64,000 nucleotides of DNA from Podarcis melisellensis (Eukaryota), in NCBI GenBank assembly GCA_964234715.1, contig OZ174275.1; one strand, given 5' to 3'. The translations under genes were made by a program, and so were the position numbers. The notes beneath the pieces were generated by a model, which saw nothing but the letters and a program-made list of their open reading frames with translations, was not told the origin of the DNA and searched no databases. This document shows positions 25,880 to 37,680 of the stretch, one piece after another (positions within the stretch are counted from its first letter, which is position 1; each line of letters starts with the position of its first letter).

Positions 25880-27170
25880 AATTATGTGCATCTGAGGTGC
25901 AGGGGGGAATTACCTGCGGGGAGAAGGCTGAGGTGACGGCTCGGGGTCTCATTCCGGGGACGAGCCCGGAGGCTATCTTAGTCCCTCCTCATGGTCAGAC
26001 CCAGTGGGCCTCTCCGAAATCCTCGCGGCTGGTTTCGACTCGAAGGGCTGGAAGGTGCCGCCCTCGCCGCCTCCTGTGGCTTCTTTCCTCGGAGAGGAGA
26101 CGTGGCAGTGAACGTCCTTTGCTGGGGTCACCTCAGGAACCCCAATGGGGGCTCGCAGCGCCAAGACCCCTCCGGCCCCGTAGACCTGAGGGCCGCCCGC
26201 CTCTCGTCTCCCTTCTATCTAGCGCACCTTTCGCGCTCGGCTCCGCTGCCCAATTCCCGCGCGGGACAAGGCTTTCCTCAGCCCCGTCTGGGAATATGGC
26301 GGGGGGTGGGGGTTTCGTAGATTCGTGGCCCAAGCCTGCCGGGAAAACAGCGCCTGCTGGGGAGAAGGCCTGTTGGGACCTTTGGTCCCGAGGCGGGTGA
26401 CCAATATCCGGCCTCCACTCGCCGCTGCCCAGTGCTTGGTCCAGCCCAGGGAAGGGGTTGGGAATGCCCGAGGCTGGCTGGCCCACGTACGAGTGGAGTC
26501 TCCGCTTGCGCCGCCCCTTCGAGGAAGGCTCTGAGGAACCGGCGCCGGCCTTCGAGGAGAAGTCGCTCAGGCCCTACGAGCCGACCTGCCCGTCGTCGCA
26601 GGTTACACATCCAGGGTGTCCCTCACGGCCGCAGACTCCCCCTGCAGCCGCCGCCACCGCCGCCATTGCTGCTGTTTGTTTTCATCCGCTCAGGGCAAGC
26701 GGGGAGCGCTGACTCTGCATCCGCCGCGGCACTTTCCACAGAGACGAGGACCCGCCTCCCGGTATCAGCGACCCCCCCCCCGCCCCAGTGGGCCAGCCCG
26801 CAGACGTTAATTATCCGCGGGAGGCGGGAATGCCCACCGGGGAGGCTTAAAGGGGTGAAGGGCCGGTCTCGTGAGGAATCTGCGATTGGGAATGAACAGG
26901 CCGGGCGTCGTGAGAGGGACTTGGAGCTCCGCCTCGGGATCCGGGTGCTGGGAAGGGACTTCGGGACAGGCTCCCTTGCGCTATCGGGGTAAATCGGGGG
27001 CCCGGCGGAGAGGGAGGTGTGGACGCGTAGCCGCGCCGCGAAACATGCTTATATTCCTGCGCTTTCAGTCTTTCTCCAAGCGCAGCCCCCTCTCCCGCTC
27101 CCGTCCTCCCTGGAAGACCCCCCTCGCGCCCCCCCGTCTTCTCCCCGCTTCTCTAGGGAGGAACTTGTAG
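25880..27170. promoter_or_regulatory. CpG island / bidirectional promoter for ATG13 (-) and HARBI1 (+)
   Basis: Sharp GC/CpG-rich block between divergent genes; CCAAT (26401, reverse ~26885), E2F-like (GGCGGGAA ~26823, CGCGAAA ~27037), YY1-like GCCGCCATT (~26659), forkhead-like TGTTTGTTTT (~26673); candidate minus-strand donor at 25913. Confidence 0.88.
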
Positions 27171-27177
27171 TCCACCA

Positions 27178-27531
27178 CAGGGCCGGATTTAGGTTTGATG
27201 AGGTCCTAGGCTACTGAAGGTAATGGGACCCTTTATATGTCCAGCTGTCCTTTGTCAACAACAAATTGCCGCTGTTTTTTGTGTTGAATACTGTATATAC
27301 TATATGGTAATTTATGGACCTAATAGGTATCTAAAGCCGTTTGCACATAACAAATAGGAGCCTACACAACACAAAATACTGTTGCTGTATGTAGGTTTTA
27401 TTTTATTTGTTTTTTATCTTATATTTTGGAAATGTACATCCATTTTTCCCCCTTTAAATTTTTTTGGGACCCCCCAAGAGAGTGGAGCTCTAAGCTATAA
27501 CTTGTTTAGCTTATACGTAAATCCGGCACTG
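27178..27531. mobile_element. hAT-type MITE at the edge of the CpG island (HARBI1 intron 1)
   Basis: TIR CAGGGCCGGATTTA / TAAATCCGGCACTG; perfect 8-bp TSD GTCCACCA. Confidence 0.9.
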
Positions 27532-28380
27532 GTCCACCAGATGGTGTTGCACTACCATGCTGGCCGGTGCTGATGGGGAAAGTTGGAGCAGGTGAGATTT
27601 CCCACAACTACTATTGGGTTACCCTGCTGCATGTTCCGCTTTCACAGCATCCTCCAATAAGGCAAATTCATGCCCCTTTCGCAGAGACCTGCCTGCTTTT
27701 CAGCTCTCTTTTGCAGTTCCTGCTTCATCAGGTGCCCTTCACTTCCCACCACAAACAGTTTAATGCCTCGTTGCCATTCTTCTCCCTCTCTTGCACCCCT
27801 TCACCTTCCGTCCTTCATGCTTTGGGTCCTTTAGGAAAGTAATTTCTGGTGGCTCAGCCGAGAAGCGTGAATGAATCCTTGAAAGTGACACATGAGAACC
27901 CAGCTTGATTAGACCACAGGCCCATTTGATTCTGTATTGTGCTCTCACACAGTGACTAACCAGATGCCTGGAGATGGCCTCCTTCTTTGGGTGCACTCTC
28001 TTCTTCAAACATAGTCTTGAGTGTCAGACGTGTATTTTGCTGCACAAAGGTTATTGCATGTTTTTGTAGACATACTCATATAGATGTGTCTCATGTATGT
28101 TACAAGACAAAACATTGCATTCTCAGACATTGATAATGATGCTACATTTCCTCCTAAATCTATTTATCTCAAAATGATGAAAGGGATATTAATGACATAT
28201 CAGTTACAACAGTTAATTGTGGGCTTAACAACTAGCTGCTAAATACCAGGAATAATTTTTTTAAGTAGACATATTGCCTCAGCTGTTACTGAGACAAAAT
28301 AATATATTACACATATGTCAGTTGCAACTACTTTTGTATTCATCGCTGGAAAAAGGAAAGCATTTATCTTTTAGTCTCTT

Positions 28381-28546
28381 GGCTGGAATCTACACACATT
28401 TAGAAAACACTATGAAAATGCTTTTTTAAAGTTTTGAAAAATACATTGAATTTGGCATAGCTCACTCTCGCCATCTAGTGTCACATTTGTATATTGCACT
28501 CTACAACACATTTAAAATATTTTATTTGCAGCTGTGTAGCTGAGTC
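28381..28546. mobile_element. Short MITE, possibly PIF/Harbinger-type, with central CTCF-like motif
   Basis: Ends GGCTGGAATCTACAC / GTGTAGCTGAGTC; related copy at 35920-36098; superfamily assignment tentative. Confidence 0.6.
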
Positions 28547-30490
28547 TTGGTAGCAGAGTCTGTATGTGTGCTGGCACGTCTTCTGAGTTGGTTTATTGAC
28601 GTAGGTAAAACCTGCCTTGTTTTTGACAACTTGCCTGGTAATCATTGGTGACCAGGAAATTCATGTAGGTGAATGAACAGGTTGGTGGAGGAGGAGTGGG
28701 TTACTTGGTCTCTTTTCTGCCAGTCCACTTGGTTTCTTTGCTAGCCAGGCAGGAAGGAAAGCCTATTCTTTCATAACCACGAAATAGGCTAGTGAAGGAG
28801 GAGCATATATACCCTTCCTTCCTACATGCCCTTTCACTTAGCAAGCTGGTTAAAAAAGCTGCCTTCTAAGAGTCTAGTAGCTTGCATTTTCATGTTGGCC
28901 ACAGAAGAGGGACTTTCCCTCCTCCATGGCCACCATGGCAACACAGACTTCTGGCTTCTTAGTAAGCTGTGGTGGTGAGCTAATTACTTTTGTGGGCTTA
29001 TTTTCAATGGTGGCTAAAATCCCTCAGTTGTTTGGGGGAATTCACACCTTTGGTATCAGATGTTCATAGATGAACCAGACCAGATTCAATCCATTGGTTT
29101 TTGGTTTTTATTATTATTAAATTGTTAATCTTGTGAGTGCACAATAACACAACTATTATGAGAGAGGGGATGACTATCAAGCATTGTCCATATATTCAGA
29201 GGGACAGAATGTTATTTTTATGTAATGCAACACATGGGTATATGAAGAGGGGGAAATGCTTATTACATACAGGAATGAGGAGATAATGCAAACTATTAAC
29301 ATTTTGGCTCTTTCCAGCAATGGACTCCAACTGAGAACAGAAAAATTATCTTGTAGAGATGCCACCCTAAACTTATAGGCTATATCTGATACCAAAGTGC
29401 CCCTTACATTGCTATTTAATTAGATATCTACCTGCCTCCTTTGTATTATAACTACTGGGAGTCACTGGTAGACATTAAAAAACAGGATACAAGAAATACA
29501 GTATTACTTTGTTGAAACTTTGATTTTGCAAGATTGGAACTCCTTGGTTCTCAAGACAGCTCCTTGCCACTAGAATATGACTGACTTGCTTAACAATGGA
29601 AAAGAGTGGTTGGGTGAAGCATCTCTGTTTATATAACTTGCTCTTCTTAAGCACATAGTTTCAGTACATTTATCAACTCCAGTTGTTCCAGAATTCTAGA
29701 TTTTGTGTGCACTTGGACAAACAGAAAAAATATCCTTGAGGGACAGCACAGCTTATTAACAAGCATTAGAACAAAGCAACTCTTTGTTTTTCAGTGCTGC
29801 ACGTTTCTAAAAATATCACCAGCTTAAGTTTTGCCAATTCACACCCTCATGCCTCATACAGCCAATTAATTTTAATGCAGTAACACATAAAGAAAGAAAT
29901 TTTCCTAGTCTTGTTTAACCGGTTCAGAGAGAGAATGTAAACATAGCACTAATTTATTGTGAAATATGTACTCAACAGTTCCAATTTTGCGTATGACCCA
30001 AGGTCAGTACTAATTGTGCATTCTTGCTTTCTCAAGAATGTCCCACGACCCTGTGTGAAATTATATACAGCTCCAAAAAAAATTCCACTGGAAATTTCCC
30101 AGAACTACGACCATGATTCATTGGCTCTTTCATTGAAATTAATAGCAGAATCCCATGGAGATAATATTGTCAACTTTTCTGGTAGAATGTTATCTGGTAG
30201 GACTCAGCCACGTTAATAGGACTGTGGGAAAGTTTTCTATATTTCTTTTCCTTGTGTTCTCAGATGTATGATCTGGTCTCATAGCAATCAGTGTAAATGC
30301 CAAGTTAAATTAAAGTGTACATTTGTAAACTAATTTCAAAACCCTATTTACTTAAGCCAATAGGTTTATTTGTGTGTAATTAGTATGAAATTGACAGTAG
30401 AGTCAAGTAGGCTGTTAGGATCCATGTCCTCAATTTTCCTTTTTTTTGGCTCCAATGTAGGTGAGTAGAGAGAAGAAAGATCAACCGATC

Positions 30491-31160
30491 ATGGCTGTTC
30501 CCATAGCCATTCTTGACTGTGATCTCTTGCTATATGGTCGTGGGCATCGAACACTTGATCGTTTCAAACTGGAGGATGTGACTGATGAATATCTGGTGTC
30601 TATGTATGGCTTCCCACGTCACTTCATTTACTATCTGGTGGATCTTCTGGGTGCCAGCCTTTCTCGTCCTACACAACGATCAAGGGCCATTAGCCCAGAG
30701 ACGCAAATTCTTGCTGCATTAGGTTTTTACACTTCTGGTTCTTTCCAGACTCGCATGGGAGATGCCATTGGCATCAGCCAGGCCTCTATGAGCCGTTGTG
30801 TTGCCAATGTTACTGAGGCCCTGGTGGAGAGGGCATCTCAGTTCATTCATTTCCCAGATGATGAAGTGTCGGTGCAGCATCTGAAAGATGACTTTTATGG
30901 GCTGGCAGGTATGCCAGGGGTACTAGGACTAGTTGATTGCAACCATGTCGCAATAAAGGCACCCAGTGCTGAGGACTTGTCATATGTGAATAGAAAGGGC
31001 CTTCATTCTTTAAACTGCCTGATGGTTTGTGACGCCAGGGGAATGCTACTGAGTGCGGAAACACACTGGCCAGGCAGCTTGCAGGACTGTGCTGTGCTGC
31101 AGCAGTCAGCCCTCAGGAACCAGTTTGAAGCTGGCATGCACAAAGATGGCTGGCTACTTG
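30491..31160 (+). CDS. HARBI1: HARBI1 coding exon 1 ([25 protein letters not shown]...DGWLLG), putative nuclease derived from a Harbinger transposase
   Basis: 670 nt from ATG to donor GTAAGT at 31161; sequence matches vertebrate HARBI1. Confidence 0.96.
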
Positions 31161-31309
31161 GTAAGTTCTTTCTCATGACTGGCATCTTTGAAAGTCTATT
31201 TTGGTGGAATTTCTGTTTGGTTCTGTGACATGCCACATAACATTTATGTGTCAAAACTGCAGATTTTACAGTTCTCCCTCTATAAAGATAAATCAAAGAA
31301 AGGTAGCAC

Positions 31310-31756
31310 GAAACATAGAATCATAAGGTAGCATAAAACATAGAATCTTAGAGTTGGAAGGAACCCAAGGGTCATCTAGTCCAACCCCTTGCAATGCAGG
31401 AACCTCCGCGAAAGCATCAGTGACAGATGGCCATCCAACCTTTGATTAAAAACCTTCAAGGAAGGAGAGTCCACCACCTCTCGTGGTCAACAGCTCTTAC
31501 CGTCTGAAAGTTTTACTGAATGTTTAGTCTGAATCGCCTTTCTTGCAACTTGAATCCATCGGTTTGAGTCCTACCCTCCAGAGCAGGAGAAAACCAGCAT
31601 GCTCCCTTCTCCATGTGACAGGCCTTAAGATATTTGAAGATGGCTATCATATCTCCTTTCAGTCTCTTCTTCCAGGCTAAACATACCCAACTCCTTCAAG
31701 CACTCCTCATAAGGCTTAGTTTCCAGACCCTTGATCATCTTGGTTGACCTCCTGGC
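31310..31756 (-). mobile_element. CR1 LINE 3' fragment in the HARBI1 coding intron (shorter CR1 tails at ~7937, ~14960, ~63665)
   Basis: RRSTKMIKGLETKPYEECLKELGMFSLE motif and ATTCTATG-type terminal repeats. Confidence 0.85.
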
Positions 31757-31868
31757 TTCATACACATAACTGGCTTCATATAGATGCCTGGTTTTATTAT
31801 CAGGTGATGGAATTATTTGCACTCTCCTGTATCTGTTTGGTTTGTGATCTTTCTTTTTCTTTTGACAG

Positions 31869-32245
31869 GTGATAGTTCATTCTTTCTTCGCACTTGGCTC
31901 ATGACCCCTCTGCATATTCCTGAAACGCCTGCAGAGTGCCGGTATAACATGGCACATTCAGCCACTCACAATGTCATTGAACGTACATTCAGGACAATTC
32001 GGTCCCACTTCCGTTGTCTGGATGGGTCAAAGGGCACGTTGCAGTATTCTCCCGAGAAGGCCAGCCACATCATTCTGGCTTGCTGCGTGCTTCATAACAT
32101 TTCTCTAGAGCATGGACTGGATGTGTGGTCTTCCCAAACGATGGGACAGATGGAACAGCCAGAGGAAGAATATGAACATATGGAATCACTTGACTCTGAA
32201 GCTGATCGAGTTCGTCAGGAATTATTACTCACTCATTTTAGCTAA
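31869..32245 (+). CDS. HARBI1: HARBI1 coding exon 2 (GDSSFFLRTWLMTP...ELLLTHFS*)
   Basis: ttgacag acceptor, phase 1; total CDS 1047 nt = 348 aa. Confidence 0.96.
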
Positions 32246-32573
32246 CATTACAAGACATACTAAGTTGGACATATTAAAAGACATGCAAACCATTATGATA
32301 GATCCTGATTTTCCTCTTACATTCAGCAACTATTGAATGCAACTATTGGATGCAACTATTGAAATTGAAATTTTGTGTTTGTATAATATTTTGCATTTAA
32401 TATACTATTTTGGTTTCATTGTGCACATTGCATCTGATTCCGTCAGTACTCAGTATTTCAGTACCTGCTACTTTTTAGTGTCCAGCCTTATTTGAGGACC
32501 ATATATCAAGGACAATATGATATGAGAGGAATGCATATTCAGTTTAATATTGTATTTTTAAGTATTTAAAAAT

Positions 32574-32579
32574 AATAAA
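32574..32579 (+). terminator. Probable HARBI1 polyA signal AATAAA
   Basis: Hexamer ~330 nt after the stop followed by GT/T-rich sequence. Confidence 0.6.
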
Positions 32580-33244
32580 ATGTATTTTGTGTATGGTGTA
32601 ACAGATTTGGAACACTTTTGTTTCAGTTATTAACTGAAGTTCTCCCATATTGGTCTGTACAGACACAGCAGGTGCTTTAATTAACCCAACAGTTTAACTT
32701 TACCCTTGATGGTGCACTTTTCCATTGTCTCTTGAGACAGACGAATGCCAACTAACTAAGCTGTAAAAGTGGCTTACACATGGTTAAAAATAGAAGCATT
32801 CCTCTTTTTTTGCTTGGTAACTTATCACTCTTGTCTGCCTTTTTTCATCCAACAGCAACTGGATTTGTGTAACGGAAAGGGATGTTGTTATTATATAGAT
32901 TGAGGCAGGAGGGAAGGAATGGTTTGTGGTCCATTTTGTTGTCCCAGTTACAAAATGGGAAAATGGCCAACATTGAAACGGACATGTAATTCCTGAGTCA
33001 TCAAGAATGAGAGGTCAGAGCAAAAATAGCCTCAGCAAATTTACAAAAATATTCCTTATGATCAAATATCCTTACTTCTGCCCAATGTACCAACACAAAT
33101 CTATGTAAAGTCTTAGCAATCATTAACCTAGAGATTAACCCCTCAATGTGGGTATAAGAAAGGTTTATTGTAGAGACCCCTACATTCTTCACAGAGACTT
33201 GCACCCCATGGAGTCTATGTTGGTCTCAGATTAGGGAGTCTTCT

Positions 33245-34330
33245 TCTTTGGCGATCACTCATAACCAAGTAAGATTGTCTTCCATAAACACGGTTTTTGT
33301 TTTTTTATAACAATTTATTAGTTTTCCAAAAGAACATAAAAAATAAACATAAAAACAACAATATATAATGGAGAAAAAAACCATCATAATCAAACATTTT
33401 AAACCATTATTTTTGCTTGACTTCCCTCCCCTCCCCCTCTTGGTTTCATTGTTTACTACTTGTTCGTGCATGTCCTTATAATCTTAATAATTCAACTTTT
33501 AAACTTTGTTCATCTTAATACAAGTGAGTTTTAAAAGTTATACTAACGTGAAAGTCTGTACACATTAAAAGATGAGCCCTTTTTTATTATTCAAAGTCCT
33601 CTTTCTGCCTTGGGTTCTACATTAACTAGTTTATCCTGTATAGTTCAATAGTTTAGTTTACCAGTCTTCTTCGTCTTCTTTAACGGAGGCTTATTCCTTC
33701 TGTAGGGGCTGGCTGGTCTTGGCCTGGTGTCCAATCTTGCATACAGGAACAATGTATTTTGTTCAATAAGTCCAACAAGTTCTGTACATCTCCATGTCAT
33801 AACTTCAGTTTTTTTAACAACAATCATTTCCCAATTTGTTTTCAAATCTTTATATGTCTTATCCCAGGCTTTTTAAAATTATTTTACATTGCCACCACAT
33901 ATAATAACCTTTTATGCTTTTTACTCTCCCTTTCTGTTTTTTCTCTATCACAGTCAAAGCCTCCTCACAGAGGGTATCATTTTTATCTTGGACCAAGTCA
34001 TAGGCCTCCCAAATCAATTCACATGAGGTGTCATTAACTCATAAACACGGTTTTAACAGTGAGTCCGTAAGGGACTGTGGAGGCCAATTCTGGATCTACA
34101 CTTCCTTCCACAGCGGGGACATAGGTTTCCAGGTGGGAGTTGATCGCTGTGAGGGTTTGCCAAGTGTGCCTTCCTCTTAGCATGTTTCTCCCTTTCGTCC
34201 TGAGTTCAAGCGTCTTCAAAACCCATGACACCTTTGTTAAAAGCTGTTCTCCAGCTGGAGTGCTTGCAGGCCAGTGTTTCCCAGTTGCTGGTGTTTATGG
34301 TTTCCAGTGATGGGTTAAGGATTTGGTTCC
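33245..34330 (-). mobile_element. RTE-like LINE 3' fragment interrupted by an L1-type insertion
   Basis: (GAA)n-type tail at ~33240; host sequence resumes after the duplicated site at 34054; family assignment from recalled similarity only. Confidence 0.55.
33298..34039 (-). mobile_element. L1-mobilised retro-insertion (742 bp)
   Basis: 15-bp TSD CATAAACACGGTTTT (33283-33297, 34040-34054), TTTT/AA target, AATAAA plus A-tail on minus strand, residual GYYMWWQCK motif. Confidence 0.85.
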
Positions 34331-35020
34331 AGCACCCTTTTCCCATTCTTAATTACTTCTAACCCAGGTGAGGCCCTGGCCTGGAAAATAAGTCCTGATG
34401 TCACTCCATGCCCAGCTTTGTACCCAATCTCAACAATGGGGAACCTGCCCCCTCAAACCTGAGGTGGCGCAAAGAGCCTTGGCCCCTTGAAGCTAGTGCC
34501 TATGATGGGAATAAATTCTTACCTGCTTACAGTATTTGCCCTGCTCTAGATTCCATTTCTAACAGTGTAAGTCAATGCATATCTACTCGGAAGTAGAGTT
34601 CACTGGGACTTACTGCCAGGAAGATGTACCTATGATAGTTGGTTTCCAGTCTTGGTAATGTTGCAGCTAGATCTAACTGTGTGCCAAATATATAGAAAGC
34701 TAGGAACCATGGTGAGGAAAAACTTTTTGAACTCATTTGTAGAAAAATTGACTTACAAGATAAGTAAAATAATTCTGTAATTTTAATTGTTTGCTATGGT
34801 ATTTGAGAACATGCTGCAATGCTAGGATGTGCTGCTATAACTCTGAATGAATGTTTGTCAGGCTAGCATTTAGGCAACAATGCTAATATATGCTAAACTC
34901 AGAAACCAGATTGAGGCAAAACTCAGGGACAGACTTTGGTAATCTGTTGTAACGTGGTGCCTTGGGTGAGGACAAAATTTGGTGCCATTCCAAATGGATC
35001 TTCTCAGTTATGGGTCTTCT

Positions 35021-35302
35021 TTTTTTTAATATAATTTTTATTATTTTCCAATACAAAAAAATACAATTATGCCAAATTTTCACAAATTTGTTACTTTTTA
35101 GACTTCCTTCGGATTCTCTGACAATCATCCATATTTACTTCTCAGTTTACGCATTTCTCTGTTTATATTGCCATTAAACTTCCCTCCCACTCCTGTTTGG
35201 TTTTTTAACAATATATCTCTGTTTTCACAGTGCTTCTTGAAATCCCACCCGTGTTGTTTGCACATCACATGTTCTTTTCAGATATTCAACAAATTTCCCC
35301 TA
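35021..35302 (-). mobile_element. 5'-truncated L1 3' end (282 bp)
   Basis: 18-bp TSD CTCAGTTATGG(G/A)TCTTCT, A-tail, GKFVEYLKR motif resembling L1 ORF2 C-terminus. Confidence 0.8.
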
Positions 35303-35919
35303 CTCAGTTATGGATCTTCTAAATTTCTCTCCCCCTCGACTTAGTGCCCTGTGCAGGGGGAATCACCCACACCACCCTAAATCTGGTGCTGCAAAACTGA
35401 TTAGAAACAAGAGGGCCTTATGAAACTCCGACACCTACATGTACAACATATTGTTGCACAAGCAGGTGATGCAGGACCTTCATTAAGTACCTGTCCTTCA
35501 TTATATTTGTGTTGTAATTATGATGCAGTAGCTCCTGATGAGATCATGGCAGAGCTGTCAGTGACTCCGAGAGCTAAGAGGACTAGATGGGAAAAGATGG
35601 GAAAAGCAAGCCTAAAGAGAGCCTAGTCTTAATGCAATCCTAACTTTGTCTACTCAGAGAAAATCCTATTGAATTCAGTGGGGTTTACTCCCAGGTAAAA
35701 GGGGTTATGATTGCAGCTGTTGCACAGAGAGTAGTACATTTTGCTTTGTGAGTTGTTGAATACAAGCATTTGTTTCTTGTGCCTTTTCTTAGTTTATTAG
35801 CAGAACGCGTACTATCCTCAGACACATCTAGAAAGTCGTGCAGCACAACCTTATGTAGCCTTACTCAGAAGTAAATCACAATGTGGTAGTAGTAGGAGGC
35901 CTCTTAAGTCTCTGTTTCA

Positions 35920-36098
35920 GCGTGGATCTATACACAGGAAAAAACACAATAAAGAAGTCACAAATTAAATCGTTATAACAAAAGAAAAAACACTATGTAA
36001 AATCTCATAGAAAAAGTTTGTTCTACAGCACCATCTGGTGTTGCATGTTTATAACACTTTCAAAACACTGTTGTTTTTTTGACTAATGTAGGTGAGTC
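35920..36098. mobile_element. Second copy of the same MITE family
   Basis: GGATCTATAC...AAAACACTATG...CCATCTGGTG...TGTAGGTGAGTC shared with 28381-28546. Confidence 0.55.
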
Positions 36099-36549
36099 AT
36101 CAGTGCCACCAGTTTTAACAGCAACCCTGTGCATATTTACTTCATAACGAGTCCTGGTGAGTTCAGTGGGGCTTAATTCTAAGCCAATGGCCATACATAT
36201 AAAGTGCATGGTTTTCCCCGAATCCTAGCACAAACTACGGGGAAAGCTTTCAATGTGTGGTGTGGACGTGAACCTTTTTTTCTGCACGAAAGAGTGTGCG
36301 TTCATTATAGAAAGTGGAATTGATAGTGTATGGGGAAATTTGGGAAATGTGATTTTTTTTTAAGGGGAAAAAAATCCAGTGCGGTTATGGTTCGCCAAAT
36401 AAAGTTATACTGATTTTTTTTAAAAAGTCTTACAATAAAAATGTATTGGAGGCAGTGGTGGTTATTTATGGCTTTGATTTTGCGGGGGGTGGTGTAGCCA
36501 TTTTTAAAGAACATGTGTGGTACTTTATGGAGGTCCCTGGCAGATGATT

Positions 36550-37680
36550 ACCAAGGGGACGAGGGCGATGTGAAGGTGAACATCTCCCCTCCACGTATCA
36601 CGAGCTAAGGGCTCGTTTCGCAGCAGACGATCTCAGAGCCCCGGAAGGAGGCGCCTCCTGACGCAGGCCTCTCCGTGGGCCCCTCCCCCTGCCTTCTTAC
36701 CCCGCCCTCCCGGTTGCCAGGACTGCGCCGATCCCGCTCTCTGCGTTCCATTCGTCATCTCTGCTCCGCTTTTTGCGCCTGCCGTTCGATTGGCTCGGCA
36801 CTCGGCATCTCCGCACTCGGCTGCTTAGGTGCTCGGCTAGGCGCCCTGGCCTTGGTAGTAACTCGGAGCAGCAGCAGCAGGGGCGGCAGAAACTGCAGGG
36901 GGAGAGGCCGCCGTCGGATTTGGGTTGTCCCTCCCTGGACCAGGCCCCGACCAGCCCGGAGCGTGCCTCACGCCACCGCTCCGGTCCTCTCCGGGATTCG
37001 AGGGCGCCAGGCCTTGGCCAGCCCCCCCCCCCGCCGCCTCAGGTAGGCTCTGGGCCTAGAGGCTCCGGGCCTGCTTCCTCTCTAGGGGGGTTGCCGGGCT
37101 CCCTCAAGCCGGCGGGAGAGAAACGCGGCGGGTGGGGCCGGCCGGGGAGTTGGGGAGCCTGAGGCGAAGGGCGGGAGGCGTTTCAGGAAGGGTCTCCTGG
37201 CGGCGTCGAGTTCCTCCGCTCCACCCCGCCCACCGCGGAGCCTCCCGCGGCCGCGTCTTTCTCGCGAGGAGGCTGCTGGCTGTGGCCCCCGCGTCCTCCC
37301 CGCTCGGAGAACCGACTAGCCAGACTCCTGGCGGCCTTGGCCTTCCTTCCCGGGACCCGCAGAGCGAGGCTCTGAAGGCCCGCCCTGTGTTGTTTCCGGA
37401 GCCGTCGGTCTGAATACGGGGAGGCAGCGCTTCCTTAATTTAAAATACATTCGGTTCCCCTCCACCCACGTAAACAGTCGGCCGCACGGTTTTTCCCCCT
37501 TTTTCAGGGATGCGAGGAGGAATTTTCGCAGCGGGATGTCTGTTTTCCTGTGCGAATGTGGCTCCGAGCCTGCCCGCGCTTCCTTGAGAGTAAGGCCTGG
37601 TGGGCACGGGGACCACGACGGCTTGGCTCTGAGGAAACGAGCACGAGATTGCAGGGAGAGTTGGCTGTTAGCTCGCTGGG
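36550..37680 (+). promoter_or_regulatory. AMBRA1 CpG-island promoter with non-coding exon 1 (donor CAG|GTAGGC at 37042/37043)
   Basis: CpG-rich block 12 kb upstream of the first coding exon; TGACGCA (36659), ATTGG (~36789), TCTCGCGAGG (37260), GTAAACA (37470). Confidence 0.85.

Noticed and set aside
25897-27217. Many overlapping 60-186 aa ORFs
   Set aside because: Expected from stop-poor GC-rich CpG-island sequence; the same applies to 36675-37413.
30461-32245. HARBI1 as an active Harbinger transposon
   Set aside because: It has an intron, conserved synteny and no enclosing TIRs or second Myb-like ORF; it is the domesticated host gene.
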